Below are positions 39,009 through 50,395 of a stretch of 64,000 nucleotides of DNA, in pieces. The stretch spans positions 140,494,001 through 140,558,000 of the forward strand of contig NC_086097.1 of assembly GCF_963921235.1 (NCBI RefSeq). Reading direction: 5' to 3'. A program made the position numbers and the translations under genes. Under the pieces are notes generated by a model. That model made no database searches, was not told where the DNA came from, and saw nothing but the letters and a program-made list of their open reading frames with translations. How positions within the stretch are numbered: the stretch's first letter is position 1; each line of letters begins with the position of its first letter. The DNA is from Mobula hypostoma (lineage: Eukaryota).

Positions 39009-39570
39009 GGTTGTCATAGCTGGGAGTGGTAATGGGGACAAGTGCCCACTACCTATTAAATGCTCCCAATGACGTGCGCCTCAAATAGCCTCTGACAACC
39101 AAGTCTAGCTTCTGGCCTTCATGTATGGCTTAGTACTAAGCCTGGTGGAACAGTTTCTACTGACAGGAGAAGGGGCAACGGTGGGTTACTGGTGCTTTAA
39201 AACCAGTTGCTTCGGGCAAATAGGGCTTGTCAGCCGTGGTTGGCAGATCATCTAGAAGGAAAACTCTGATTTCAATCTCTGCTGCCTTGCAGCTATATCA
39301 TGAAGAAGGGTTTGGGAGTAAACTCCAAGGGAAAAATCCAGAGCTGGAGTCCCTAAGGCTGTCATACACTGAGTTCAACGCTGACTGGCAACTCCTGTGA
39401 CACCGCTGGTACAAAACTGTATCAGTCTCTGCCGGTCCTTTGGGTTCATCAGATGCGTGGAGAGGGTGAGCTTGCTACATGGACAACAACTTGCTCTTCA
39501 TATCGTACTGCGTATCTAGACAGCTAGGACACAATATCCAGGGTCAACGCTGACCGACGGAGGCCTTCGA
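39009..39570 (+). mobile_element. Non-coding retroposon (SINE-like or non-autonomous LINE derivative, possibly Vingi/RTE-related)
   Basis: Shares a roughly 300-bp core (GAAGGAAAACTCTGATTT...GGAGTAAA...AGCTGGAGTCCCTAAGGC...GGCAAC...GTGGAGAGGG) with the minus-strand element at 42362-42745. Family assignment is from memory only. Confidence 0.55.
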
Positions 39571-40899
39571 CCTCAACCAAGGTATAATGAAAACTTGTCA
39601 AACAGAATGCAAGACAAGCTTTTCATTTTTTCCAAGAACTAATGTTAGGTTACCTGGTCTGTAGTTCCCCATATTGTTCACTCTCATTTCTTAATTGTAA
39701 ACTATTTTCTATCTTCCAGAATTAAGAAATATTGAGAAATAGTCACTAACACATCCACATCCTCCACACCCACCTCTGAAAGAACTTGGTGATGTAGGCT
39801 ATTGGGCTGGGGAGTGTCAACTTTCATCCCCTTGATCTTCCAGCATCTCCCTTTTTGGGACATCAATTGTCACTTGAATTACTGCTCTATTTATTATGTC
39901 CACTACAGCTATGGAATTGAAACTCAGTTAATACTCTGAAATTTGGAAAGAAAAACATGATCTTCGTAAGGATGACTACAAAACCACTGGAATGTCATAT
40001 AAAGCCATCTAGTTCCCTCCTGTTAGTTTCTTTCTTGAAGGGCATTAGACCATGCAAATTCCCTTGCTCTATTTTCTGCAGACTTAACCAATGAAAACAC
40101 AGATGATCATGTCCCAACATGTATGAAATCCTCTCCACCATCACCCCAGCTATCAAGCTGGATTTGGATAACAAATAACACTGGATCACAAATGACTCAG
40201 TACCAAGGGGTCACACTTTGGAATTCCTTCCCTCAACCACTCTTCTCTCTATGCCCAAGGTTTAAGCCATCTGGCCAAATTTCTCCTTGCAAATTGTTTT
40301 AATTAACTTTCTTATGAAGTGCCTCACTATATATTTTTTCATTCAACGCAGGATCCAAACAGAGTGTGTTGTGATGCTGCTCCACACATTTAATCTTGCA
40401 AACATTACCTTTAAGATCTTAAAATCTAAACTATAATTTATTTCTTGTAATATAAATAAATATCCTTACAAAATATCCTTGTCTGAGTGGGAATAATCGC
40501 CCTCGGTACAGTATCTGAATAACTGTAGGTGTTTGACGTGATACCAAAAGCAGAGTAGTTATGCTGAACCTTTGTCATAAATGTATAAGATGTGCCTAGG
40601 ATTTGTGCAGCACAAAATCAGCTTTGTATTTTGTAAATCCAAAGCCTGAAACAGGCTGGATCTCTGCTCGGACTGTTATTTAAAGTAAAAGCCTTGTCCA
40701 GCAGCCCATAATGGGCTAAGCCAAACTTAATTCAGCTGGATGTTGAGGTTATTCCAGACTACGGGAGGCTGGTAAACCTGCCACGATAAAGAAGCCCCCT
40801 GAGTATGAGGATTGTTGTTACCCATTGCGACACCGTCACCCAGCTCTAAAACCCCAACAACCCCACGGCTGACAGACAGTTCTGTACCCAAAACTTTTG

Positions 40900-41300
40900 A
40901 GAAGGAATCTGGAGGGGTCGCTGTCAGGTCCCATCCCGACTCTGTGAAGGGTAAGGATCCCGTCCTGGTTCTGTGCAGGATTGGGGTCCCATCCTGGCTC
41001 TGTGAGGGGTCGGCATTCCGTCCCGTCTCGGTAGGGGGCGAGGGCCCATCCAGTCCCAGCTCGGTAAAGGTTCGCAGACCTACCCGTGTGGGTGCGCGAT
41101 ACAGAGAACCAACCCCCAGGCCGGACTAACACAGTGAGAAATGATTAAATACGAACCGGTGCCGGTGTCCACCGCCGCCCGCCGTTCCACTCATTAATCC
41201 GCCAACCGCTCCACTGTTGTCATAGCGCCTCCACGAGCCGACGCTTCGGTAGTGCGCAGAGCCGGAAATTGCCCCACTGCCTTGTAGGAATTGTAGTTTT
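40900..41300 (-). promoter_or_regulatory. BBS9: CpG-rich BBS9 promoter and probable non-coding exon 1
   Basis: Locally GC/CpG-rich unique sequence. Candidate minus-strand donor CGG|GTAGGT at 41084/41083. X-box-like GTTGTCATAGCGCC (41216-41229), ETS-like CCGGAAAT (41262-41269) and ZNF143/SBS-like ACTACAATTCCTACAAGGCA (minus, 41278-41297). Confidence 0.7.
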
Positions 41301-41319
41301 CTGTCGGGTTTTTACCTGG

Positions 41320-41448
41320 AACGCTCACAATGCGCTGGAGGAACTCAGCAGGTCAGTCAGCATCAGTTGAAAAGATCAGTCGACGTTTCGGGCCGAAACC
41401 CTTCGTCGGGACTGAAGGAAGAACTTTGGGGAGGGTTTGAAGAATGCT
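41320..41448 (-). mobile_element. Solo Penelope-like terminal repeat with a hammerhead-like motif
   Basis: Flanked by 13-bp direct repeats GGTTTTTACCTGG / GGTATTTACCTGG (one mismatch). Homologous to the other PLE termini in the window. Confidence 0.8.
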
Positions 41449-41479
41449 GGTATTTACCTGGTTTTACCTGGTTCTTTTG

Positions 41480-42960
41480 CTCAGTCCAATCAAATGAAAA
41501 TCAAAATTGATCAAGATGAAGATTGATTGTATATCAGTGATACAACTGGTTCAGCAATATTTACAAGAAAGATATTATGGTTTCTTACATATCTAAACAG
41601 AGAGTTCAAAAGATCCAGTTTAGGTTGTTCAGATGTTTGTGTTTATGTTCCGAAGTTTCGGGTGACCATTAAGAGAAGATGATCAAAGTATCAGTATTCA
41701 CATCTGAGATGATTGCTATCTTTTTTGCCTTGGAATAGGTCGGAGAAATATGTCCTGCTTTTGTATTTTTGTGTTCTGATTCATTCTCAGTTTTGACATC
41801 TAATACAGCAGCTATTTCAGATTGTAGGACAGACATTCTTTTGGACTATAGAATCTAGAGTTTAGACATCTTTTGAGGCTGCAGGGTCTAGGCTTACGTA
41901 TCCATTTCTTATGAGTTCCTGTCCATATATAGGGGTTGTCGGAAACAAGGTGACAGATATTCTCGCCAAGCAATCACTTAAAATCGAGCATGTAGATGTA
42001 ATGGTGTCTTTGCATAAAGCCATCACTAAAAAGTTTATTTGATCAACTTGATAACAAAGTTGGGATAAGGAAAAGAAAGGACGGCATTTACCGTATATAA
42101 AATTCAGAAGATGGTGGGAGGTCAACTGGGAGATTGATATAACAGTAGGGAAGAAGTTATACTTACACATTTACGTATTGGACATACTATGTTGAATAAT
42201 TCCTTGTTCAGAACTAATATGCATGATATGGGTACTTGTAGGGAGTGCACTTGTCAAGAAATGGTGGAACATATATTATATGAATGTAGATCCTATGAGG
42301 TGCAAAGGAAACATCTAATTGCCAAATTGAGATCTCTGGGACAGACTCAGTTTAACGTGGATAGTAGTAGTAGGCAGCCGTCGATCCCAGGGGATCATGG
42401 GTTTGCGCCTCTGGTGGACTGTGTCCTCTCCAGGGCGCCAGCCTGGGTGGGAAGATTTGAAGAACCGGCTGTTGCCCATGCAGCGGGTTCTCCCTCTCCA
42501 CGTCACTGATGTAGTCCAAGGGAAGGGCATGCACCGATACAGCTTGACACCAGTATCGTCGCAGAGGTTGCCAGAGTGAAGTTGTAAACAACATCAAACT
42601 GCCTTAGGGACCCCAGCTCGGGATTTCTTCCTGGGGATTTACTCCTGAAGCCTTTCCCATGGGTGGGTATGGCCACAAGACAGCGGAAGTTTAAAATCAG
42701 TTTTCCTTCTCCCAGGCGGGCTGCCGAGCCCCACCTACCCGAAAGTTTGTTGGAATATTACTGCCATCATAATGTACATAAATGTGTATTTGACTTTCTG
42801 AAAAGCATTAGACTTTTTAATACTATTTGAGTCTTTTTTTTTGGGGGGGGGAATTAAAGTGGCTGTACTTCCTGTCTCTTTGCTCCATACTCACCTCAGG
42901 AACTGGCGGTAATGCACTTATGCTGGTTTGCCAACCACTATTAAACTTTACTAGAAGAAA
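41480..42960 (+). mobile_element. Degenerate I-group (Nimb-like) LINE 3' part: RNase H and CCHC zinc finger
   Basis: SVFTSEMIAIFFALE...CSDSFSVL and GVVGNKVTDILAK (RNase H). RIGHTMLN...CRECTCQEMVEHILYEC (zinc knuckle). GGCGGTAATGCAC near the 3' end. Confidence 0.7.
42362..42745 (-). mobile_element. SINE-like retroposon with a (CTA)n tail inserted in the Nimb-like LINE
   Basis: TAGTAGTAGTAG at its 3' end (plus-strand reading). Reverse-complement homology to 39009-39570. Confidence 0.6.
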
Positions 42961-43094
42961 ATCAAAAGTCTGGATCTGGTACGAAACAGGAAATGTTGAA
43001 AACATTCAGCAGGCCAGACGTCACATGTGGAAGGAGAACAGTTAAACTTTTCAGGTAGAGGTGGATGCTTTCCGAAGGTCCTCAATGTGAAAAG

Positions 43095-44315
43095 TTTATA
43101 CTTTATACTTTATTGTCGCCAGACAATTAATACTAGAACGTACAATGATCATAGCGATATTTGATTCTGCGCTTCCCGCTCCCTGGATTACAAATCGATA
43201 GTAAATATTAAAAATGTAAATTATAAATCATAAATAGAAAACATAAAAATGGAAAGTAAGATAGTGCAAAAAAACTGAGAGGCAGGTCCAGGTATTTGGA
43301 GGGTACGGCCCAGATCCGGGTCAGGATCTGTTCAGCAGTCTTATCACAGTTGGAAAGAAGCTGTTCCCAAATCTGGCCATACGAGTCTTCGAGCTCCTGA
43401 ACCTTCTCCCAGAGGGAAGAGGGACGAAAAGTGTGTTGGCTGGGTGGGTCGTGTCCTTGACTATCTTGGCAGCACTGCTCCGACAGCGTGTGGTGTAAAG
43501 TGAGTCCAAGGACGGAAGATTGGTTTGTGTGACGTGCTGCGCCGTGTTCACGATCTTCTGTAGCTTCTTCCGATCTTGGACAGGACAACTTCCATACCAG
43601 GTTGTGATGCACCCGAGAAGAATGCTTTCTACGGTGCATCTATAAAAATAAGTGAGGGTTTTAGGGGACAGGCCAAATTTCTTTAGTTTTCTCAGGAAGT
43701 AAAGGCGCTAGTGGGCTTTCTTGGCAGTGGACTCTGCTTGGTTGGACCAAGTCAGGTCATTTGTGATATTGACCCCGAGGAACTTAAAGCTTTTGACCTG
43801 TTCCACTTGCGCACCACCGATGTAAATTGGGTTGTGCGGTCCGCTACTCCTTCTGAAGTCAACAACCAATTCCTTCATCTTGCTGACATTGAGGGATAGG
43901 TTATTGTCTTCGCACCATGCCACCAGGTTCTTAATTTCCTCTCTGTACTCAAACTCATCATCACCCGAGATACGGCCTACAATCAGCAAACTTATATATT
44001 GAGTTCGATGGAAACTTGGCTACACAATCATGGGTGTACAGTGAGTATAGCAGGGGGCTGAGTACACAGCCTTGTGGGGCACCGGTGCTCAGAGTGATTG
44101 TAGAGGAGAGCTTGTCCTCTATTTTTACAGCCTGGGTCCTGTCTGTGAGGAAGTTGAAGATCCAGCTGCAGATCTGAGTGCTAAGGCCTAGGTTCCGGAG
44201 CTTAGGAATCAGTTTATTTGGAATGATGGTATTAAAGGCAGAGCTGTAGTCAATGAAAAGGAGCCTTACATATATGTCTTTATTCTCCAGGTGTTCTAAG
44301 GAGGAATGTAGGGTT
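43095..44315 (-). mobile_element. Rex1/Babar LINE, 3' portion
   Basis: [48 protein letters not shown] and SFFPTVIRLLN motifs. AATAAA plus short tandem tail at about 43095-43115. Confidence 0.88.
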
Positions 44316-44719
44316 TCTCTTTCCATAAAATATGCCTGTTTTTCCAGCATGACCAAACGTGCTGAATATTTGCAAGATGTTTTATTGTGTCCACCCATTC
44401 TAGAAATAGCACGTTGAAAATACAGTGCAGCACAAGTATTTTCAGCGTTTATATTGTGCTGGGATATGTTGGAAATCTCCCCTCTTACAGTTCTTTTGAT
44501 TCAGGTTTTCAGCAGGGTGAAGGGAATAATTTCCCTTCCTATAATAGCAGTTAGTTTCTTGCGAGCAATTAACCCCTAATCAATGGAATACGCAGGAGGT
44601 TTCTGAAAAAATTACAGGTGAAAAGACTGTTAAAACAATATGCGCCATTTATTTTTAGGAACATAACCTGATTAACTAGTGTAAAATCGACTTTATTGTC
44701 ATATGCACAAGTACAACAT

Positions 44720-47700
44720 ATCATAGGTGCAGATTCTGTGGATGTGAACGGGACCCCTGGATGGTATGTTGCCTCCCAGGTGCCAGGGTCAGGGACGTCT
44801 CAGATCGCGTCCACAACATTTTGGAGAGGCGGGAGAGCAGCCAGATATCTTGGTACATATTGGCACCAATGACAGAGGAAGAAAAAAACAAAGAGGTCCT
44901 GAAAAGAGATTTTAGAGAGCTAGGTAGAAAGCAGTGAAGCAGGACCTCCAGGATAGTAAATTCTGGATGGCTGTCTGTGCCACACGTGAGTGAGGGTAGA
45001 AACAGCACAACATTGGCAGATAAATGCGTGGCTGAGAAGCTGGTGCCAGGGCCAAGGCTTCAGGTTCTTGGGTCACTGGGATCTCTTCTGGGGGAGGTAT
45101 GACCTGTTCAAAAGTGACAGGTTGCACCTGAACCTGAGGGGGACCAATATTCTCGTGGGCAGGTTTGTTAGAGCTTTTGGGGAGCATTTAAACTAATTTG
45201 GCGCGGTGGGAGTGGGAACTGGATTGATGGGACTCAGGATATTACATATGGTAAAAGGGTAAAGATAGCATGCAGTCAGATTGTCAGGAAGGGCAGGCAG
45301 GTGATGGGACATAGTCATAGGCAATAGGGTGAGTATCAGTACATTAGGGATGCAAAATCAAAAAGGGTAGCAAATACAGTACTTAAGGTGTTGTATCTCA
45401 ATGTGTGGAGCATAACAAATAAGGTGGATGACCTTGTTGCACTATTACTTGCCAGATATGATGTTGTGGCCATCACTGAATCGTTGCTGAAGGATGGCTT
45501 TCATTGGGAGCTGAATGTCCAAGGTTACACTCTGTATCATAGGGACAGGAAGGTAGGCAGAGGGGGTGACGTGGCTCCATAGTTAAAAAATGGCATCTAA
45601 TCATTAGAAAGATGTGACATAGGATTGGAAGATGTTGAATACTTGTGGGTTGAGTTAAGAAACTGCAAGAGTAAAAGGACGTTGATGGCAGTTATATATA
45701 GGCCTCCAAACAGTGGCTGGGAGGTGGACCACAGATTACAATAGGAAATAGAAAAGGCCTGTCAAAAGGGCAATGTTATGGTAGTCACGGGAGATTTTAA
45801 CATGCAGGTTGATTGGGTAAAATCAGGTTGGTAAAGAATCTCAAGAGAGTGAGTTTGTTGAATTCTTAAGAGATGGCTTTTTAGAGCAGTTTGTCGTTGA
45901 GCCTACTAGGGGATCAACTATACTGGATTGGGTGTTATGTAATGAACAATGAACTGGAGATGATTAGGGAGCTTAAGGTAAAAGAATCCTTAGGAACCAG
46001 TGACCACAATATGATTGTGTTCAACTTGAAATTTGATAGGGAGAAAGTAAAGTCTGATGTAGCAGTATTTCAGAATCAGAATCAGAATCAGGTTTATTAT
46101 CACCAGCATGTGACATGAAATTTGTTAACTTAGCTGCAGCAGTTCACTGCAATACATAACCTAGCAGGGAGAAAGAAAAAAATAAATAAATAAAATAAAA
46201 CATAATAATAAACAAGTAAATCAATTACGTGTATTGAATAGATTTATTAAGATGTGCAAAAAACAGAAATACCATATACAGATTTTTTTTTTAAAGTGAG
46301 GTAGTGTCCAAACTTCAATGTCCATTTAGCAATCGGACGGCAGAGGGGAAGAAGCTGTTCCTGAATCGCGGAATGTGCGCCTACAAGCTTCTGTATCTCC
46401 TGCCTGATAGTAAAAGTGAGAAAAGGGCATGCCCTGGGTGCTGGACGACCTTAATAATGGACACTGCCTTTCTGAGACACTGCTCCCTAAAGATGTCCTG
46501 GGTACTTTGTAGGCTAGTACCCAAGATGGAGCTGATTAGATTTACAACCCTCTGCAGCTTCTTTCGGTCCTGTGCAGTAGCCCCTCCATACCAGACAGTG
46601 ATGCAGCCTGTCAAAACGCTCTCCATGGTACATCTATAGAAGTTTTTGAGTGTATTTGTTGACATGCCAAATCTCTTCAAACTCCTGATAAAGTATAGCC
46701 GCTATCTTGCCTTCTTTATGACTACATCGATATGTTGGGACCAGGTTAGATCCTCAGAGATCTTGACACTGAGGAAATTGAAGCTGCTCACTTTGTCCAC
46801 TTCTGATCCCTCTATGAGGATTGGTATGTGCTCTTTTGTCTTACCCTTCCTGAAGTCCACAATCAGCTCTTTTGTCTTACTGACGTTGAGTGTCAGGTTG
46901 TTGCTGCAGCACCACTCCACTAGTTGGGATATCTCACTTGTCTGAGTTAAATTCTGTCAATCATTTCTTTGCCCTCTTTCAAGCCAATTATCTCACTCCT
47001 GTACGCCCTCTCGTCACCACCTGAAAATCTACCAACAATGGTTGTATCGTCAGCAAATTTGTAGATCGTACTTGAGCTATGCCTAACCACACAGTCATGT
47101 GTATAGAGACAGTACAGCAGTGGAATAAGGGAAATTACAGTGGTATGACAGGGTAATAGGCCTAAGTAAATTGGGAGGAGCTGCTGGCAGGGGTGTCAGC
47201 AGAGCAGCAATGGTGTGCATTTCTGAGAAAAATGAGGAAGGTGCAGGACATGTGTATTCCAAAAATGAAGAAATACTCAAATGGCAAAATAGTACAACCA
47301 TGGCTGAGAAGGGAAGTCAAAGTTAATGTAAAAACAAAAGCTTACAGAGTGCAACTAAAAGAATGATTAGTAAGGAAAAGATGCAATATAAAAGCAAGCT
47401 AGCAAATAATATCAAAGTAATAGTAAAAGCTTTTTCAAATTTGTAAAAAATAAAAAGAGATGAGAGTGGTTATAGGACCACTAGAAAATGAGGCAGGAGA
47501 AATAATAACGGGGGATAAGGAGCTGACAGATGAACGAAATGAGTATTTTGCATCAGTCTTCACTGTGGAAGACACAAGCAGTGTGCCAGATGTTGTCGTG
47601 TGTGAAGGAAGAGAAGTGGGTACAGTTACTATTACAAGGGAGAAGGTGCTCAAAAAGCTGAAAGACCTAAAAGTACATAAGTCACCAGGACCAGATGAAG

Positions 47701-49220
47701 TTCTGAAAGAGGTAGCATTAGAGATTGTGGTGGCATTAGCAATGATCTTTCAAAAATCATTGGACTCTGGCATGGTGCCAGAGGACTGGAAAAATGCAAA
47801 TGTCACCCCACTCTTTAAGAAAGGAGGAAGGCAGCAGAAAGGAAATTATAGACCAGTTAGCCTGACCTCAGTGGTTGGGAAGATGTTAGAGTCAATTGTT
47901 AGGACGGGGTGATGGAGTACTTAGTGACACAGGACAAGACAGGACAAAGCCAGCATTGTTTCCTTAAGGGAAAATCCTGCCTGATGAACCTGTTGGAATT
48001 CTTTGAGGAGATTACAAGCAGGATAGATAAAGGGGATGCAGAGGCTGTTGTATATTTAGACTTTCAGAAGGCCTTTGACAAGGTGCCACACATGAGACTG
48101 CTGAACAAGTTAAGAGCTCGTGGTATTACAGGAAAGTTTCTCAGATGGTTAGAGCATTGGCTGATTGGTGGGAGGCAGTGAGTGGGAATAAAAGGATCCA
48201 TGTCTGCCAGTGACTAGTGGTGTTCCGCAGGGTTCGGTGTTGGGACCACTTCTTTTTATGCTGTATATAAATGATTTAGGTGATGAAATAGTTGGCTTTG
48301 TTGCCAAGTTTGCAGATGATACAAAGATTGGTGGAGGGGCAGGTTGTGTTGAGGAAACAGGTAGGATGCAGAAGGACCTAGACAGATTAGAAGAATGGGC
48401 AAGAAAGTGGCAAATGAAATATAATGTTGGAAAATGCATGGTCATGCACTTTGGCAATAGAAATAAATGGAAAAACAGAAAATCCAAAAATCTGAGATGC
48501 AGAGGGGCTTGGGAGTCCTTGTGCAGAACACCCTGAAGGTTAACTTGCAGGTTGAAGTGGTGGTGTGGAAGGCAAATGCAATGTTAGCATTCAATTCAAG
48601 AGGACTATAATAAAAGAGTGGGGATATGATGCTGAGGCTTTATAAGGCACTGGTGAGGCCTCACCTTGAGTATTGTGAACAGTTTTGGGCCCCTCATCTT
48701 AGAAAAGATGTGCTGGCATTGGAGAGGGTCCAGAGGAGGTTCACAAGGATGATTCCAGGAATAAAAGAGTTACCATACAAGGAACGTTTGATAGCTCTGG
48801 GTCTGTACTTGCTGGAATTTAGAAGGATGAGGGGGAATCCCATTGAGACCTTTCGAATGTTGAAAAGCCTAGACAGAGTAGATGTGGAAAGGATGTTTCC
48901 CATGGTGGGAGAATCCAGGACAAGAGGTCAGGATAGAGGGGCATCCATTCAAAACAGAGATGCGGATAAATTTCTTTAGCTAGAGGCTGGTGAATTCATG
49001 GAATTCGTTGCCACATGCAGCTGTGGAGGCCAGGTTGTTGGGTGTATTTAAGGCAGAGATTGATACAGTAGGTTCCTGATTGGACATCACATCAAAGGTT
49101 ACGGGGAGAAAGCTGAGAAATGGGATTGAGGAGGAGAAAAAAAAGATCAGCCATGATTAAATGGTGAAGCAGACTCGATGGGCCAAATGGCCTAATTCTG
49201 CTCCTATGTCTTACGGTCTT
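44720..49220 (+). mobile_element. Long CR1 LINE (ORF1 esterase-like C-terminus, ORF2 APE and RT), degenerate and interrupted by Rex1
   Basis: FRFLGHWDLFWGRYDLFKSDRLHLN (ORF1). LYLNVWSI...VAITES (APE). [37 protein letters not shown] and FADDTK (RT). 3' tail TCTTACGGTCTTAT. Confidence 0.92.
46074..47120 (-). mobile_element. Rex1/Babar LINE 3' fragment inserted in CR1
   Basis: (GATTCT)n tail at about 46074-46091. WCCSNNLTLNVSKTKELIVDFR and ESVLTGCITVWYG motifs. The host CR1 rejoins as GTATTTCAG|TGGAATAAGGG. Confidence 0.88.
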
Positions 49221-49439
49221 ATATGAAAAACTTACTTGCAGCAAATTCATAGGCCTCATATAAACAGCATTAACAAGAAAAACATAAATTAAGCATAACT
49301 TATACACAATTTTATGTATGAATAAAAATATTGTGTTCGGCCAAACTTCCTCTTTGGAAATGCCACCATTTTCAGCAACTGGTTTGCTCAATGTACTGTC
49401 ACTGCTATACTTTGTGACTCCATCACACAGATTCAGGAT

Positions 49440-50395
49440 CAGAAATAATATCCCCAGATTACTGATAATCAACACTGGCGTACCTCAAGGATGTATGCTT
49501 AGAACACTGCTCTACTCTTTCTACACCCATGACTGTGTAGCTAGGCACAGCTCAAATGCCATCTATAAATTTGTTGGCAATGCAACTACGGTTGGCAGAA
49601 TTTCAGATGGTGACGAGAAGACGTACAAGAGTGAGGTATGTAAGCTAGTTGAGTGGTGTCACAGCAACAAGCTTGCATTCAACATCAGTAGGACCAAAGA
49701 ATTGATTGTGAACTTCAGAAGGGGTAAGATGAAGGAACATACACGAGTGTTCATAGAGGGATCAGAAGAGGAAATAGTGAGCAATTTCAAGTTCTTGTGT
49801 GTCAATATCTTTGAGGATCTATCCTGGGCCCAACTTATCAATTTACCTACAAAGAAGACACAATAACAGCTATATTTCATTAGGAGTTTAAGGAGATTCG
49901 GTATGTCACCAAAGACACTCGTAAATTTCTACAGATATACCAAGGAGAACATTCTAACTGGCTGCATCACCACCCGATATGAGGAAGGCGGCCTGCACAA
50001 GATCGAAATAAGCTCTTGAAAATTGTGAACTCAGTCAGCTCCATTATGGACACTAGCTTCCCCAGCATCAGAACACCTTCAAGGTGCACTGTCTCAGAAA
50101 GGCAGCATCCATCATTAAGGACCCCCATTGACCAGAACATGCCCTCTTCTCATTTCTACCATCAGGGAGGAGGTACAGGAACCTGAAGGCACCACTCAAT
50201 GATTTGGGATCAAATATCAGATTCCAGAATGGAGATTGAACACATGCCTACCTCCTGACTTTTTTTACACTATTTATTTAACTTATAAATAAATAATACT
50301 TACTGTAATGCAGTTTTTATTATGTATTGCAATGTACTGCTGCCACATAACAACAAATTTCACGGCATATGCTTGTGATATTAAACCTGATTGAA
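49440..50395 (+). mobile_element. Rex1/Babar LINE 3' fragment
   Basis: NTGVPQGCML...YTHDCVARHSSNAIYKF and RTKELIVNFR. Ends ATTAAACCTGATT. Confidence 0.85.
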
